From: Bdellovibrionia bacterium
GTDB taxonomy: Bacteria; Bdellovibrionota; Bdellovibrionia; Bdellovibrionales; JAGQZY01
Assembly (NCBI GenBank): GCA_030424715.1
Contig: JAUHWH010000003.1
Location: 260,148-324,147 of the forward strand
Reading direction: 5' to 3'
DNA: 64,000 nucleotides
This document shows positions 8,401-18,423 of this stretch, piece by piece. Below the pieces are notes generated by a model. It was given only the letters and a program-made list of their open reading frames with translations, had not been told where the DNA came from and did no database searches. How positions within the stretch are numbered: position 1 is the stretch's first letter; every line of letters begins with the position of its first letter. The translations under genes were made by a program, and so were the position numbers.

Positions 8401-9801
8401 CTACATTTGTCGCGCCCGTTTTGAAACCGCTAGGGCGGCTTCGCGCATGACTTCGGCCAACGTCGGATGAGCATGGAAACTCAAGGCGATGTCTTCTGAG
8501 CTGGCACCGAACTCCATGGCCACTACGGCTTCGGCGATCATGTCACTGGCTCGCGGGCCAACAATATGCACGCCTAAAACTTTGTCAGTGGCTTTGTCGG
8601 CCAAGATCTTGACTTTACCTTCGGTGCTGTTCATTGCCTTGGCACGTCCATTGGCAGAGAACGGAAAGCTCCCGGCGTTGTAGGCCACACCTTCGGCTTT
8701 GAGCTCTTCTTCGGTTTTTCCAACACCGGCCACTTCCGGCCACGTGTAAATCACCCATGGAACCGTATCGTAGTTCACATGGCCAAAGTTGCCAGAGAGA
8801 ATTTCCATGACGGCCACGCCCTCTTCTTCGGCTTTATGGGCGAGCATGGCGCCACCGATCACATCACCGATGGCATAAACCCCGGGCAACGAGGTTTTAA
8901 AATGTTTATCGGTGATGATCTGTCCTCGATCGTTGATCTCAACACCCACTTCTTTGAGACCCGCACCGTCACCATAGGCTTTTCGCCCCACAGCCACTAA
9001 AACCTTGTCTCCGACCAGCTCGCCTTTTTTACCATCTTTGATGGTCTCATACTCAAGAGTGACTTTGCCGCCCGAAGCCTTACCGCCGGTGACTTTTGTA
9101 GCGAGCATGAACTCCATGCCCTGTTTTTTAAGGATTTTTAACAGATCTTTTGAAATCTGATTGTCCATGGGACCGCAAATCTTTTCGGCAAATTCGACGA
9201 CTGTGACTTTCGCGCCAAGACGCATCCAGACTGATCCCATCTCTAGACCGATGGCACCACCACCCACCACCACGAGATGCTCTGGTACTTTTTTAAGAGT
9301 GAGAGCTTCGGTGGATGAGATGATGTCTTTACCATCAAACTTTAAAAATGGAAGCTCCACTGGCACACTGCCTGTGGCAATCACGATATTTTTACACTCA
9401 ATGGTCTGAGTGGTTTTGCCCTGAACTTCTACCTTGCCGGCACCAAGAATCTTTCCAACCCCCTTAAATGTGGTGACTTTGTTTTTATCAAACAAATATT
9501 TAACACCACCAGTGAGATCAGCGACGACTTTATCTTTTCTCTTCATCATATTTGAAAGATTCAGTTTTACGTCACTCACATCCACACCATGATCGCTCAG
9601 TTCATGCTGGGCTTGATGAAAGTGTTCGCTCGAGTCGAGCAAGGCTTTTGAAGGAATACAGCCAATATTCAAGCAGGTACCACCAAAGGTGTCATCTTTC
9701 TCAACAATGGCCACCTTTAGCCCCAGTTGGGCTCCACGCACAGCGCCCACATAACCACCGGGACCAGAACCAATAATTACCACATCAAAAACATCAGCCA
9801 T
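8401..9801 (-). CDS. lpdA: dihydrolipoyl dehydrogenase (E3)
   Basis: FAD-binding VVIIGSGPGGY, the redox-active disulfide motif GGTCLNIGCIPSK and C-terminal HAHPTLAE. Located directly after sucB. Confidence 0.95.
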   Translation of the reverse strand: MADVFDVVIIGSGPGGYVGAVRGAQLGLKVAIVEKDDTFGGTCLNIGCIPSKALLDSSEHFHQAQHELSDHGVDVSDVKLNLSNMMKRKDKVVADLTGGVKYLFDKNKVTTFKGVGKILGAGKVEVQGKTTQTIECKNIVIATGSVPVELPFLKFDGKDIISSTEALTLKKVPEHLVVVGGGAIGLEMGSVWMRLGAKVTVVEFAEKICGPMDNQISKDLLKILKKQGMEFMLATKVTGGKASGGKVTLEYETIKDGKKGELVGDKVLVAVGRKAYGDGAGLKEVGVEINDRGQIITDKHFKTSLPGVYAIGDVIGGAMLAHKAEEEGVAVMEILSGNFGHVNYDTVPWVIYTWPEVAGVGKTEEELKAEGVAYNAGSFPFSANGRAKAMNSTEGKVKILADKATDKVLGVHIVGPRASDMIAEAVVAMEFGASSEDIALSFHAHPTLAEVMREAALAVSKRARQM

Positions 9802-9815
9802 AACTGCAACCTCTT

Positions 9816-11048
9816 TTAGACTTGTAGAAGAATTCGCGAAGGATCTTCAATATTCTCTTTAATTTTCACCAAAAAACTCACCGACTCTTTACCATCGATC
9901 ATGCGATGATCGTAAGAGAGGGCCAAGTACATCATCGGGCGCACTTTCACTTCATCGTTAATCACCACAGGGCGCTTCTCGATTTTATGCATACCGAGGA
10001 TACCGCTTTGAGGAGGATTCAAAATCGGCGTCGACATCAACGAGCCAAACACGCCACCGTTGGAGATCGTGAAGGTGCCGCCTGACATATCGTCGAGCGA
10101 AATTTTACCGTCACGGGCCTTTAGGGCATAGTCCTTAATGTTTTGTTCAACTCCAGCCAAACTCATTTGGTCGGCATCTTTCAACACAGGAACCACCAAA
10201 CCTTTGGGGGAACTCACCGCCACACCAATATTATGATAGTTGTGATAAAGAATGTCCGTTCCATCGATAGAGGCATTCACTGCCGGAAAAGCTTTTAAGG
10301 CTTCAATGGTGGCTTTTACGAAAAATCCCATAAAACCTAAGCGCACACCATGAACTTTCTCGAAGTCCTCTTTGTATTGATTGCGAAGATTCATTAAAGC
10401 GGTCATGTCCACTTCGTTAAAAGTGGTTAGGATGGCAGCCGTTTGCTGAGCACTGACCAATCGCTCGGCGACTTTTCGTCGGAGCGATGTCATTTTTACC
10501 CGCTCGATCGAACCCGGCTCCATGTCGCGGGTCTTGCCTTTAGGGGCCGGCGCCTGAGGGGCACCTCCACTGCTGCCTTTGGGGGCGCTGAGAACATCAT
10601 CTTTTGTGAGACGTCCGCCACGACCCGTACCTTTGATTGTCGAAGGGTCCACACCCGTGTCGTTAACAGCTTTGCGAACCGCTGGGCTCATGTGATCGGG
10701 ATCTGGCGCCGCATTCATTTGCGGTTGTGAAGGTTCAGAACTCGAACCAGAACTCGATGACGATGACTCCGCCTCAGAACTCGTTTCTTCTTTTTTGGCG
10801 CTCCCAGCCGGAGCTTCCGCTGAAGTGTCGATACTAGCAACGACGGCGCCGATTTCAACGGTGTCACCCTCGGCGGCCTTCGTGCTCAACAAACCTGCGG
10901 CCTCAGCGACAACTTCGACACTGGCTTTATCCGTCTCGAGAGAAAGAATCACTTCGTCTCTCTCTACGTACTCACCGTCTTTTTTTAACCACTCACCAAT
11001 TTCGGCTTCGGTGATCGACTCTCCAACCTCAGGAACTTTGATATCCAT
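9816..11048 (-). CDS. sucB: dihydrolipoyllysine-residue succinyltransferase (E2 of 2-oxoglutarate dehydrogenase)
   Basis: N-terminal lipoyl domain ([10 protein letters not shown]), a Ser/Ala/Pro linker, and the catalytic domain with the SYDHRMIDG motif. Confidence 0.95.
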   Translation of the reverse strand: MDIKVPEVGESITEAEIGEWLKKDGEYVERDEVILSLETDKASVEVVAEAAGLLSTKAAEGDTVEIGAVVASIDTSAEAPAGSAKKEETSSEAESSSSSSGSSSEPSQPQMNAAPDPDHMSPAVRKAVNDTGVDPSTIKGTGRGGRLTKDDVLSAPKGSSGGAPQAPAPKGKTRDMEPGSIERVKMTSLRRKVAERLVSAQQTAAILTTFNEVDMTALMNLRNQYKEDFEKVHGVRLGFMGFFVKATIEALKAFPAVNASIDGTDILYHNYHNIGVAVSSPKGLVVPVLKDADQMSLAGVEQNIKDYALKARDGKISLDDMSGGTFTISNGGVFGSLMSTPILNPPQSGILGMHKIEKRPVVINDEVKVRPMMYLALSYDHRMIDGKESVSFLVKIKENIEDPSRILLQV

Positions 11049-11051
11049 GGG

Positions 11052-13778
11052 TTAACTCCCTTTTTTTAATGAGAAAACACTCTCGACTATATTTTGTTGT
11101 TCTGATTTATGATTTTTCATGGACCCAGTGGCTGGACTGGCACGAAAGCCTCGCCCCACGTATTGGATCTCTAACTTGTCCAAGCCCGCGGCTTTCATAG
11201 AATCGCGCAAGGGGTGGAAGATATAACTCCAGGCGCCCATATTTTGTGGCTCTTCTTGAGCCCAAACAATGGATTTCACTTTTTTAGCGGCTTTCAACAG
11301 ATCATCGATACGATGACCGGGATAGGGGTAAAGCTGCTCGACCCGCACTAAGGCCACCTTGCCCTGCTCCTTTTTCGGCAGAGACTCACGATGAGCGGAG
11401 AGATCATAATATAGCTTTCCACTGACAAAGGCCACCCGCTCTACTTTGGAAATGTCCACTTCAATATCGGGCAAAACCTCTTCAAAGGTGCCTTCAGTAA
11501 GATCTTTCATCTCGCAAACCACCTTCGGGTGGCGCAATAAAGATTTGGGCGACATCACCACCAAAGGCACTCTGAACGGCCGCTTCATCTGCCGACGAAG
11601 GGCATGGAACAACTGATCAGGCGTGGTAAAGTTGCAAACTTGCATGTTCTTTTGGGCACACAACTGTAAAAAGCGCTCGAGCTTGGCACTGGAGTGCTCC
11701 GGTCCCTGCCCCTCGTAGCCATGGGGAAGCAGCATAACAAGGCCACTCATTCGCAGCCACTTTTGCTCACCACTTGCTAAGAACTGATCGATAATGATCT
11801 GAGCGCCATTGGCGAAGTCACCAAACTGGGCCTCCCAAATGGTCATAAAAGTGGGATCACTACTTGAATTACCATACTCAAAGCCAAGAACTGCCATTTC
11901 AGAAAGGGGCGAATTGTAAACACAAAACTCTCTATCCTCACGCAGTTCACCCAAGGGGTTGTAGCGCTCCGCCGTGTTGGTATCAAAAAAACAAGCGTGG
12001 CGATGGGTGAAGGTACCCCGAATGCAATCTTGCCCCGATAGGCGCACAGAACTGCCCTCTTCGATCAAGCTACCGTAGGCCAAAAGCTCTGCCATCCCCC
12101 AATCCATGGGCCTGTCACCAGTCATCATCTCTTTACGTTGCTCGATGAGTTTCTTTAGCTTGCTGTGGACACTGAACCCATCCGGGACCGTGGTGAGCTT
12201 GTCACCCACCTTCTTGAGAGTCTCGGCCGTCGCCGTGGTATCAAATGTCTTTTTAAAATCACCGTCTTCACTGCGACGAAGGCCTTCCCAAAAGCCCCCC
12301 AACGACTGAATCTCGGGCTCGGGAGAACTCTCACGCACTTCATCAAGAACTTCTTGTAAGTTATCGAGTTTCTTTTGAAAAAAGTCTTTCACATAAGACT
12401 CTTCGATAACGTTCTCTTGCACCATTTTTTGGCCGTACAAGTCTTTTGGTGTTTTGTGCTCCTTGATAGTTTTATACATCACCGGTTGAGTGAAAGATGG
12501 CTCGTCCCCTTCGTTGTGTCCAAAACGTCGGTAACAGGTCAGGTTGATCAAAATATCCGAGCCAAAGGACTGACGAAACCGAATGGCGATGTCCATGGCT
12601 TTGACACAGGCCTCTGGGTCATCGCCGTTCACATGAATCACCGGAATCTGCTGGCTCTTGCCCACATCTGAGGAATAAGGTGAAGAACGGGTCTGTTCTG
12701 GATCAGCGGTAAAGCCCACTTGGTTGTCGATAATGATATGAATGCTTCCACCCACTGTATAACCTTTAAGCCCGGCCAACTGCAGAGTTTCAGCAACCAC
12801 ACCCTGGCCGGCGAAAGCCGCATCACCATGGATCTGAATCGGCACCACTTTTTTTCGGTTTTCAGTATCGCCCTTCTGTCGTTGCTTGGCTCGAACCATA
12901 CCGCAGACCACTGGATTGACCGCTTCCAAGTGAGAGGGGTTAAAGGCCAAAGACACATGACAAGTACCAGACTTGGTCTTTTTGTCAGAACTGTGACCCA
13001 GGTGATACTTCACGTCGCCATCAAAGTTATCATCGGCAAAAGAATTGCCATCAAAGGCGGCAAGGGTTTCTTTAGCTCCCTTATCCATGAAGTTCACTAA
13101 GACGTTGAGACGACCACGATGAGCCATACCAATAACGATCTCTTCGACGCCGAGGTCAGTGCCCTTTTCAACCAAATACTCCAACTGAGGAATGATGGAA
13201 TCGGCACCCTCGACCGAGAAACGCTTCGCACCCACAAACCGAGTGTGCAAGAATTTTTCTAGACTTTCTGTTCGACAGAGCTGTTCGAAGATGGCTTTTT
13301 TCTGATCTTTGGAAAGCTCGAAGTCACTGTTTTCAATATCGTTGTAGAACCACTCTCGCACCCCTTTGACGGCGTCATTCACTTGCACCGAGAGGGTGCC
13401 ACAATAGCAGCGCTTTAAATGATTGATAATCTCGCGCAGAGTGGCGTCTTTCATCCCCACCAAAGCACCGACGGCAAAGGTTTTGTCTAAGTCAGATTCT
13501 TCGAGATTAAACTGAGAGATCGCCAACTCGCCACTGGCATTGGACATGCTCAACGGATCAATGTCGGCTTCGAAATGACCGTAGTCTCGATAAGCCTGAA
13601 TGAGATGGTACACATCCAGCTCTTTCGAGGACATACTGCCCCCGAGATCTTGATTGAAGTCCACTCCCGCAAAAAACGCCTGCCAGGTGTCTTCCAATTC
13701 TTCGGGGTTGGACTGGTAAACCTGATACAGGTTTTCGACGTATTCGAGATTGGCTCGCTGGATAGCTGTGAATTTCAC
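11052..13778 (-). CDS. sucA: 2-oxoglutarate dehydrogenase E1 component
   Basis: 908 aa with a typical N-terminus (NLEYVENLYQVYQSNPEEL), the ThDP-region motif HGDAAFAGQGVV and a transketolase-like C-terminal half. It starts 3 nt upstream of sucB. Confidence 0.95.
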   Translation of the reverse strand: MKFTAIQRANLEYVENLYQVYQSNPEELEDTWQAFFAGVDFNQDLGGSMSSKELDVYHLIQAYRDYGHFEADIDPLSMSNASGELAISQFNLEESDLDKTFAVGALVGMKDATLREIINHLKRCYCGTLSVQVNDAVKGVREWFYNDIENSDFELSKDQKKAIFEQLCRTESLEKFLHTRFVGAKRFSVEGADSIIPQLEYLVEKGTDLGVEEIVIGMAHRGRLNVLVNFMDKGAKETLAAFDGNSFADDNFDGDVKYHLGHSSDKKTKSGTCHVSLAFNPSHLEAVNPVVCGMVRAKQRQKGDTENRKKVVPIQIHGDAAFAGQGVVAETLQLAGLKGYTVGGSIHIIIDNQVGFTADPEQTRSSPYSSDVGKSQQIPVIHVNGDDPEACVKAMDIAIRFRQSFGSDILINLTCYRRFGHNEGDEPSFTQPVMYKTIKEHKTPKDLYGQKMVQENVIEESYVKDFFQKKLDNLQEVLDEVRESSPEPEIQSLGGFWEGLRRSEDGDFKKTFDTTATAETLKKVGDKLTTVPDGFSVHSKLKKLIEQRKEMMTGDRPMDWGMAELLAYGSLIEEGSSVRLSGQDCIRGTFTHRHACFFDTNTAERYNPLGELREDREFCVYNSPLSEMAVLGFEYGNSSSDPTFMTIWEAQFGDFANGAQIIIDQFLASGEQKWLRMSGLVMLLPHGYEGQGPEHSSAKLERFLQLCAQKNMQVCNFTTPDQLFHALRRQMKRPFRVPLVVMSPKSLLRHPKVVCEMKDLTEGTFEEVLPDIEVDISKVERVAFVSGKLYYDLSAHRESLPKKEQGKVALVRVEQLYPYPGHRIDDLLKAAKKVKSIVWAQEEPQNMGAWSYIFHPLRDSMKAAGLDKLEIQYVGRGFRASPATGSMKNHKSEQQNIVESVFSLKKGS

Positions 13779-13825
13779 GGATGACCTCGCTGCGGTTTTA
13801 TTGATGCACTACCTAATACCCCAAT

Positions 13826-13863
13826 TCTAGCAGGAGGAAAAGTCTTCTTGCAGGCCTGCTAGA
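13826..13863. promoter_or_regulatory. 9-bp inverted repeat (TCTAGCAGG ... CCTGCTAGA) in the sucA-lgt divergent intergenic region
   Basis: Arms at 13826-13834 and 13855-13863 were read directly. The position in a divergent promoter region suggests an operator, but this is unproven. Confidence 0.25.
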
Positions 13864-14010
13864 CTCATCCCAGTCTTTGGATATCATTTTTTTTTATAAT
13901 GGCTGAGTGCCTCTTTTTTGGTCGTGTACACCCTGGGTTATTGTCGCCTCGGTCTTGCCCCAACCCAGTTTTTCGAGCAGACTGAGCTAGACGAAGGCAG
14001 AGGAGAGACA

Positions 14011-15069
14011 ATGACGGATACCACCTGGGTGCACAACCTCGACCCATTTTTGATTCAGTTTTCTGGCAACCTAGGCATTCGCTGGTACGGTTTGGCCTAT
14101 GTCACCGGATTCATCTGCGCCTTTTTGTTTATGAAGTGGTTTTCTGAAAAAAAACTCTCTCCACTCACCGTCGATCAGGCCTCTGACTTTTTAACCACCC
14201 TGATCCTCGGTGTTCTTATTGGTGGTCGTCTGGGATACGCCATTTTTTACAGCCCTCAACTCCTCACTGACTTTCGACCTTCAGTGCCATTTTGGGGTGT
14301 TCTTGCCGTCTGGGAAGGTGGCATGGCCAGTCATGGCGGATTTATTGGGGTCTGGGTGGCTTGTTTCTACTTCTCTTGGAAAAACAAAATCGAGTTCCCC
14401 CACTTGGGAGATCTAACTGTGGTGGGCGCTATGGTCGGGATTGGTCTGGGGCGCATCGCCAACTTTATCAATGGAGAACTGATGGGCCGTGTGGCTGCAC
14501 CCGACTTCCCGCTGGCCGTCAAATTTCCGCAAGATATCTACCGCTGGATTGGCTACAATCCTGGAAAATTAGAAACTTTAAAAGAACCCGCCATGCTCTT
14601 GGGTGTCAGCCCCGGCGACTTTCGGACGTGGACGGATAACGTCGGAATGTATAAGTCGAAATTTTATGGCCTGGCTGATCAGATCATCACAAAGATCCAA
14701 AATGGCGATAATGCCATGGTCGAAGCCATTCGCCCCATTTTAGAGCCCCGACACCCTTCTCCACTTTACGCGTCGTTCACCGAGGCGTGGATTCCTCTGG
14801 CGATACTGCTGTTCATCTGGCGCAAGCCTCGCAAGCCCGGGATTATCGGTTCAACGTTTATTATTATCTACTCCATCGGGCGTATTTTTAACGAGCAGTT
14901 TCGATTGCCTGACGCCCATATTGCCAACTTAGCGGAGCAACCCCTTGGGATCAGTCGCGGACAGTTTATCAGTCTTTGGATGTTTCTTATTGGCGTTGGT
15001 TTTCTGATTTGGTCCATGAAGCGAGACTCAAAACCTTTGGGTGGCTGGGCCCAAAAGCCGGAATCTTAA
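14011..15069 (+). CDS. lgt: prolipoprotein diacylglyceryl transferase
   Basis: Motifs IRWYGLAYVTGF, GGRLGY, WEGGMASHGG, GRIANFINGEL and RHPSPLY. I chose the ATG at 14011, with AGGAGA 4 nt upstream. There is a long insertion between the FP and RHPS motifs. Confidence 0.9.
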   Translation: MTDTTWVHNLDPFLIQFSGNLGIRWYGLAYVTGFICAFLFMKWFSEKKLSPLTVDQASDFLTTLILGVLIGGRLGYAIFYSPQLLTDFRPSVPFWGVLAVWEGGMASHGGFIGVWVACFYFSWKNKIEFPHLGDLTVVGAMVGIGLGRIANFINGELMGRVAAPDFPLAVKFPQDIYRWIGYNPGKLETLKEPAMLLGVSPGDFRTWTDNVGMYKSKFYGLADQIITKIQNGDNAMVEAIRPILEPRHPSPLYASFTEAWIPLAILLFIWRKPRKPGIIGSTFIIIYSIGRIFNEQFRLPDAHIANLAEQPLGISRGQFISLWMFLIGVGFLIWSMKRDSKPLGGWAQKPES

Positions 15070-15151
15070 TTCACAGACCTCAGAACCTCAAACATTGGGC
15101 CTCTTCTGGGGGCTTCCGTCGATCATCCGCTGAAGGCCCCGGTCGAGATTC

Positions 15152-15781
15152 TTAGTAAAAAGGATTGGCCCCTTGGTCGTGGTTGGTGACGTCGATGACT
15201 TCAGTGATAGAAGGAACCACTTCTTTAATGGCGCCTTCGATCCCCTGTTTCATTGTCTGGTAGGACATGGCGCATCCTTGGCAACCACCACCCATTTCGA
15301 GAAACACCTTGTCGTCTTTTACCGAGTGCAGAACCACAAACCCGCTGTGAGCGGCCAAGGCTGGATTGATTTGCTCTTCGATAAGTTGGCCTATCGCTTT
15401 TGCCTCGGGACTGTCGAGGTCGGCACTTGGCGCGGCCTTAGGCTCCGGGTTTTCTTCGATGGGCGCCTTTTGCTCTGCAAAGTGCTCGGCGATTAAACCT
15501 TGCAGGGGCTCTTCAAGGACCGACCACTCAACCCAGTCTTGCTTGGTGATGGCAACGAAGTCCGTCCCAACGGTCACCTGACTGGTCCAGGGAAAGCCAA
15601 AAATTTTCGAGGCCACAGGAGACTGCAAAGCCTCTGTGGAATCGGTGTAAACCTTCTCTTTAGAGCTAATGGCCATGGACAGAACAAATTTACGGCTCTC
15701 TTCGTCGATCTTTTCAATGGCAGTCACAGACACAAACACCTCTCTCGTGAATCCCCGTGTTACCACAGATCTTCGCCCCAA
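15152..15781 (-). CDS. NFU1/NifU-type iron-sulfur cluster scaffold (Nfu_N domain plus NifU C-terminal domain)
   Basis: The N-terminal part (SPVASKIFGFPWTSQVTVGTDFVAITK) resembles the Nfu N-domain. The C-terminal part has GGCQGCAMS (CxxC) and INPALAAHSG. The listed start is TTG, so the exact start is uncertain. Confidence 0.8.
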   Translation of the reverse strand: MGRRSVVTRGFTREVFVSVTAIEKIDEESRKFVLSMAISSKEKVYTDSTEALQSPVASKIFGFPWTSQVTVGTDFVAITKQDWVEWSVLEEPLQGLIAEHFAEQKAPIEENPEPKAAPSADLDSPEAKAIGQLIEEQINPALAAHSGFVVLHSVKDDKVFLEMGGGCQGCAMSYQTMKQGIEGAIKEVVPSITEVIDVTNHDQGANPFY

Positions 15782-16078
15782 CTCAAGGCAAGCCCCCTAA
15801 CCCTGTAAAAAGACCCCAGATATCAGAATTCTGACACTTATTTCTTCAAATCCCTACCCGTGAGTGATCCGCGTCCGATTGGAGATAAAACCAAAACCTC
15901 AATCGGCCGCGGAGGCACCCCAGGGGAGTGCTACCAAAAACGAGAGTCGCTCGAAGCGAGACACCCACTGTCAATAATATGATCAGTGGACCATTTCCTT
16001 TTTACTGATTAGGAGAAGCTTGAAGTCTATTTTGAGCAGAAATGGTAAACTAAAGCCGCGATTTAGCACGGGAGCGAC

Positions 16079-17239
16079 TTGACCCTTTCCACGATTCTTT
16101 TTTCTATTTTATCTTTTATCGTTCCGGTCTCTGCTGCTGGAAAAGGGGGCGAGGTGTTGTGCAAAGATGTTTACCCCGCTCCGCACCGGACACTGAGCTA
16201 TAACCAAGAACTGTTCCAGGGACTATTTGATGCCAAGGAGAAAGGATATCTTTCTCCCGTTGAGACCTACCAGATCCGCAGGGATTTTGTCACACTTCTC
16301 AACAATCCCGCTAAACTGTGGTTAAAATCAATCCTCGAGCAAATGGAAAGATCCTACTTCTCCCATAGTCGTAACAATCCACGCTTCGAGAAGCCTGAAA
16401 GATTTAACTCTCAACACAATCGGTATATCGATTTTTTTAACATCTCCAAGTCACAGTATAACAAACTGCAAGGCTATCTGGAGTTTGGTGATCGATACAT
16501 GGGACTAGAAAAACCGGATCTGATCACCTGGGAGCACATCGTAGCAGGACAGTATCGCCCCAATAGAAGGCCAAACGATATCTTAGAGGTCATACTTCTG
16601 ATTAAATCACTCGACATCATCGCGAAACGACGTCTAACCAGTGACCCAAACCTAAGGCTGATGGTTCTTGAAAGTACACGATCTGGCAAAGCTCTCGATG
16701 AGATTGGAGACATCGGCTTTATACCCTTTACTTTGAACTCCAACAAGGCTGGACTTTATACTTTTACCTTGGACTCCCTCAGTCACTCCATCAATCACTT
16801 TCCACGCTTCGGTCGAATGAACCTATCGAATAGTGAAATCATGCAGCTGTCGCGCCGAAACCGAAGCACAACGATTCACGCCAGCACTCTAAGTTCCGCC
16901 CATATTCTTTTACTGACCAGTCAGAGATCCCAGCCCAATGTGCATTGGGTCTCGAGCAAAAACAGTGACGATGGACGTTGGCTCTCTGTAACTATGGATC
17001 TCCGAATCCCGGGAGAGGCCACCCTGTCGCGATTTATCGTTGTGATAAGTCATGGGAATTTCAAGGATCGACAAAACCGAAGTTTCGGCAAAAATCACAT
17101 CGTCTCGGTTGTTCCAATCGCTGGCCCCAATGTATATAGCATACCCCATCGCCAGGCGCTTAAAAAGGCACTCGAAAACGACACCCCTCTGCAAGAGCTT
17201 CTCGAGAATGTTCCCTACGCGTCACTCGGCGACTCGTAA
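16079..17239 (+). CDS. hypothetical secreted protein
   Basis: TTG start with GGGAG 5 nt upstream. Signal peptide MTLSTILFSILSFIVPVSA, followed by GGEVLCKDVY. No family recognised. Confidence 0.7.
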   Translation: MTLSTILFSILSFIVPVSAAGKGGEVLCKDVYPAPHRTLSYNQELFQGLFDAKEKGYLSPVETYQIRRDFVTLLNNPAKLWLKSILEQMERSYFSHSRNNPRFEKPERFNSQHNRYIDFFNISKSQYNKLQGYLEFGDRYMGLEKPDLITWEHIVAGQYRPNRRPNDILEVILLIKSLDIIAKRRLTSDPNLRLMVLESTRSGKALDEIGDIGFIPFTLNSNKAGLYTFTLDSLSHSINHFPRFGRMNLSNSEIMQLSRRNRSTTIHASTLSSAHILLLTSQRSQPNVHWVSSKNSDDGRWLSVTMDLRIPGEATLSRFIVVISHGNFKDRQNRSFGKNHIVSVVPIAGPNVYSIPHRQALKKALENDTPLQELLENVPYASLGDS

Positions 17240-17281
17240 TTTTGCAAAAGCATTGGTCTTGCCCATAAATCCACCTGAAGG

Positions 17282-18244
17282 TTACGGATAGTCTCGGGTG
17301 AATATGTCCACCAGGTTGTAGGGCTGTTCTTCAGCCGAGCGGTACTTGTTGTTCACAAAATAATAGGTGATGATTCGATTCTCAGCCGACACGATGGCCA
17401 ATTCCTTTGTTGCCGAATCATACTTCACGACCACTCCGTCGTGTCGCACAAACGAAATTTGTTGGTCGCGACGAGACATCAGAAAATCATTGGCGGCTGC
17501 AAGCAACTCAGATTGGTGATTCATCTTAAGTCCATCCTTCCCCACCCGTTTCTTGAAGTGCTGTTTTAAACTCGACTGGTTTCGCCAAAGCAGTGGTTGA
17601 TCAAAGAACGGATACGAATACTGGTTGGGATCAGCCTCAATTGCCAAACCCACCTTTTTATAAAAGCTACGAACCGAGTCGCTCACTACAATTTCTGAAG
17701 GAAAAGCTTTGCCATCCACTCCACCCGTTCGATGGGCAAAGTGTAACTCGGCAACCAAGTCCAACCATCTCGCATACTCCTGATTGACAAGCAACTGCTC
17801 TAAAAACTTAACAATCTCGTGAAGCTCGCCAACGCGAGCGTTTGCCAGAGTCACCGCCATTTTCTGAAACAGGTCGCGAAATTCGCCTGGGAGAAAGCGA
17901 GACCACTCGTCCAAGCGATGAAGATTTTCGAGTTTGACATCTAGAGCAACAATAAATGAAAGAACTTGAGACACGCGCCATTGCTTTTCTAGCCCCTTGC
18001 CCACTTCTTTTCGAGGATGCGAGAAAGCCCCCTGCACATCGCCCAAAAGCTCAGAATAAAGCCCGTGATTAAAGTTTTCGATCTGAAGCGAGGGCTCCCA
18101 AAAAACTGTTGAACAAAACGATGGGGTCGCCAGAGCGGAATGACAAAAAAGGGAAACACAACCGACAGCTATTTTCAGCAAAACATCCATAGTAACAAAG
18201 GACAGTCTTTGTCTAAAAGTGCGAAGTAAACCATGAGTCAGCAT
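17282..18244 (-). CDS. hypothetical secreted protein with a small toxin-like C-terminal module
   Basis: Hydrophobic signal sequence (MDVLLKIAVGCVSLFCHSALA, possibly starting at the ATG at 18190), followed by TPSFCSTVF. It is convergent with 16079-17239. Confidence 0.7.
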   Translation of the reverse strand: MLTHGLLRTFRQRLSFVTMDVLLKIAVGCVSLFCHSALATPSFCSTVFWEPSLQIENFNHGLYSELLGDVQGAFSHPRKEVGKGLEKQWRVSQVLSFIVALDVKLENLHRLDEWSRFLPGEFRDLFQKMAVTLANARVGELHEIVKFLEQLLVNQEYARWLDLVAELHFAHRTGGVDGKAFPSEIVVSDSVRSFYKKVGLAIEADPNQYSYPFFDQPLLWRNQSSLKQHFKKRVGKDGLKMNHQSELLAAANDFLMSRRDQQISFVRHDGVVVKYDSATKELAIVSAENRIITYYFVNNKYRSAEEQPYNLVDIFTRDYP

Positions 18245-18423
18245 GAGAAGAAAGTATCAGATATCGGTTGCTGGAGCATGGTTTTCAAAGACTATTGAAC
18301 AAATTACGGAGTCGTAAAATCATTGGTCGCTCCTACCCATTCGTCCTCAAAAAAACTTTGGTACCCGAACAATCATCCAGGCTTTTCGTCAATTTTGGTG
18401 AGCTCTACTGAACAACAAGATCA

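Noticed and set aside
9834-9846. GCGAAGGATCTT identical to the repeat half-copy at 1623-1634
   Set aside because: It lies inside the conserved C-terminal coding sequence of sucB (…[10 protein letters not shown]). A 12-mer coincidence is more likely than a repeat element.
12106-13100. Cluster of 60-126-aa ORFs on both strands inside sucA
   Set aside because: They are fully contained within the 908-aa E1 gene, which has a continuous conserved translation.
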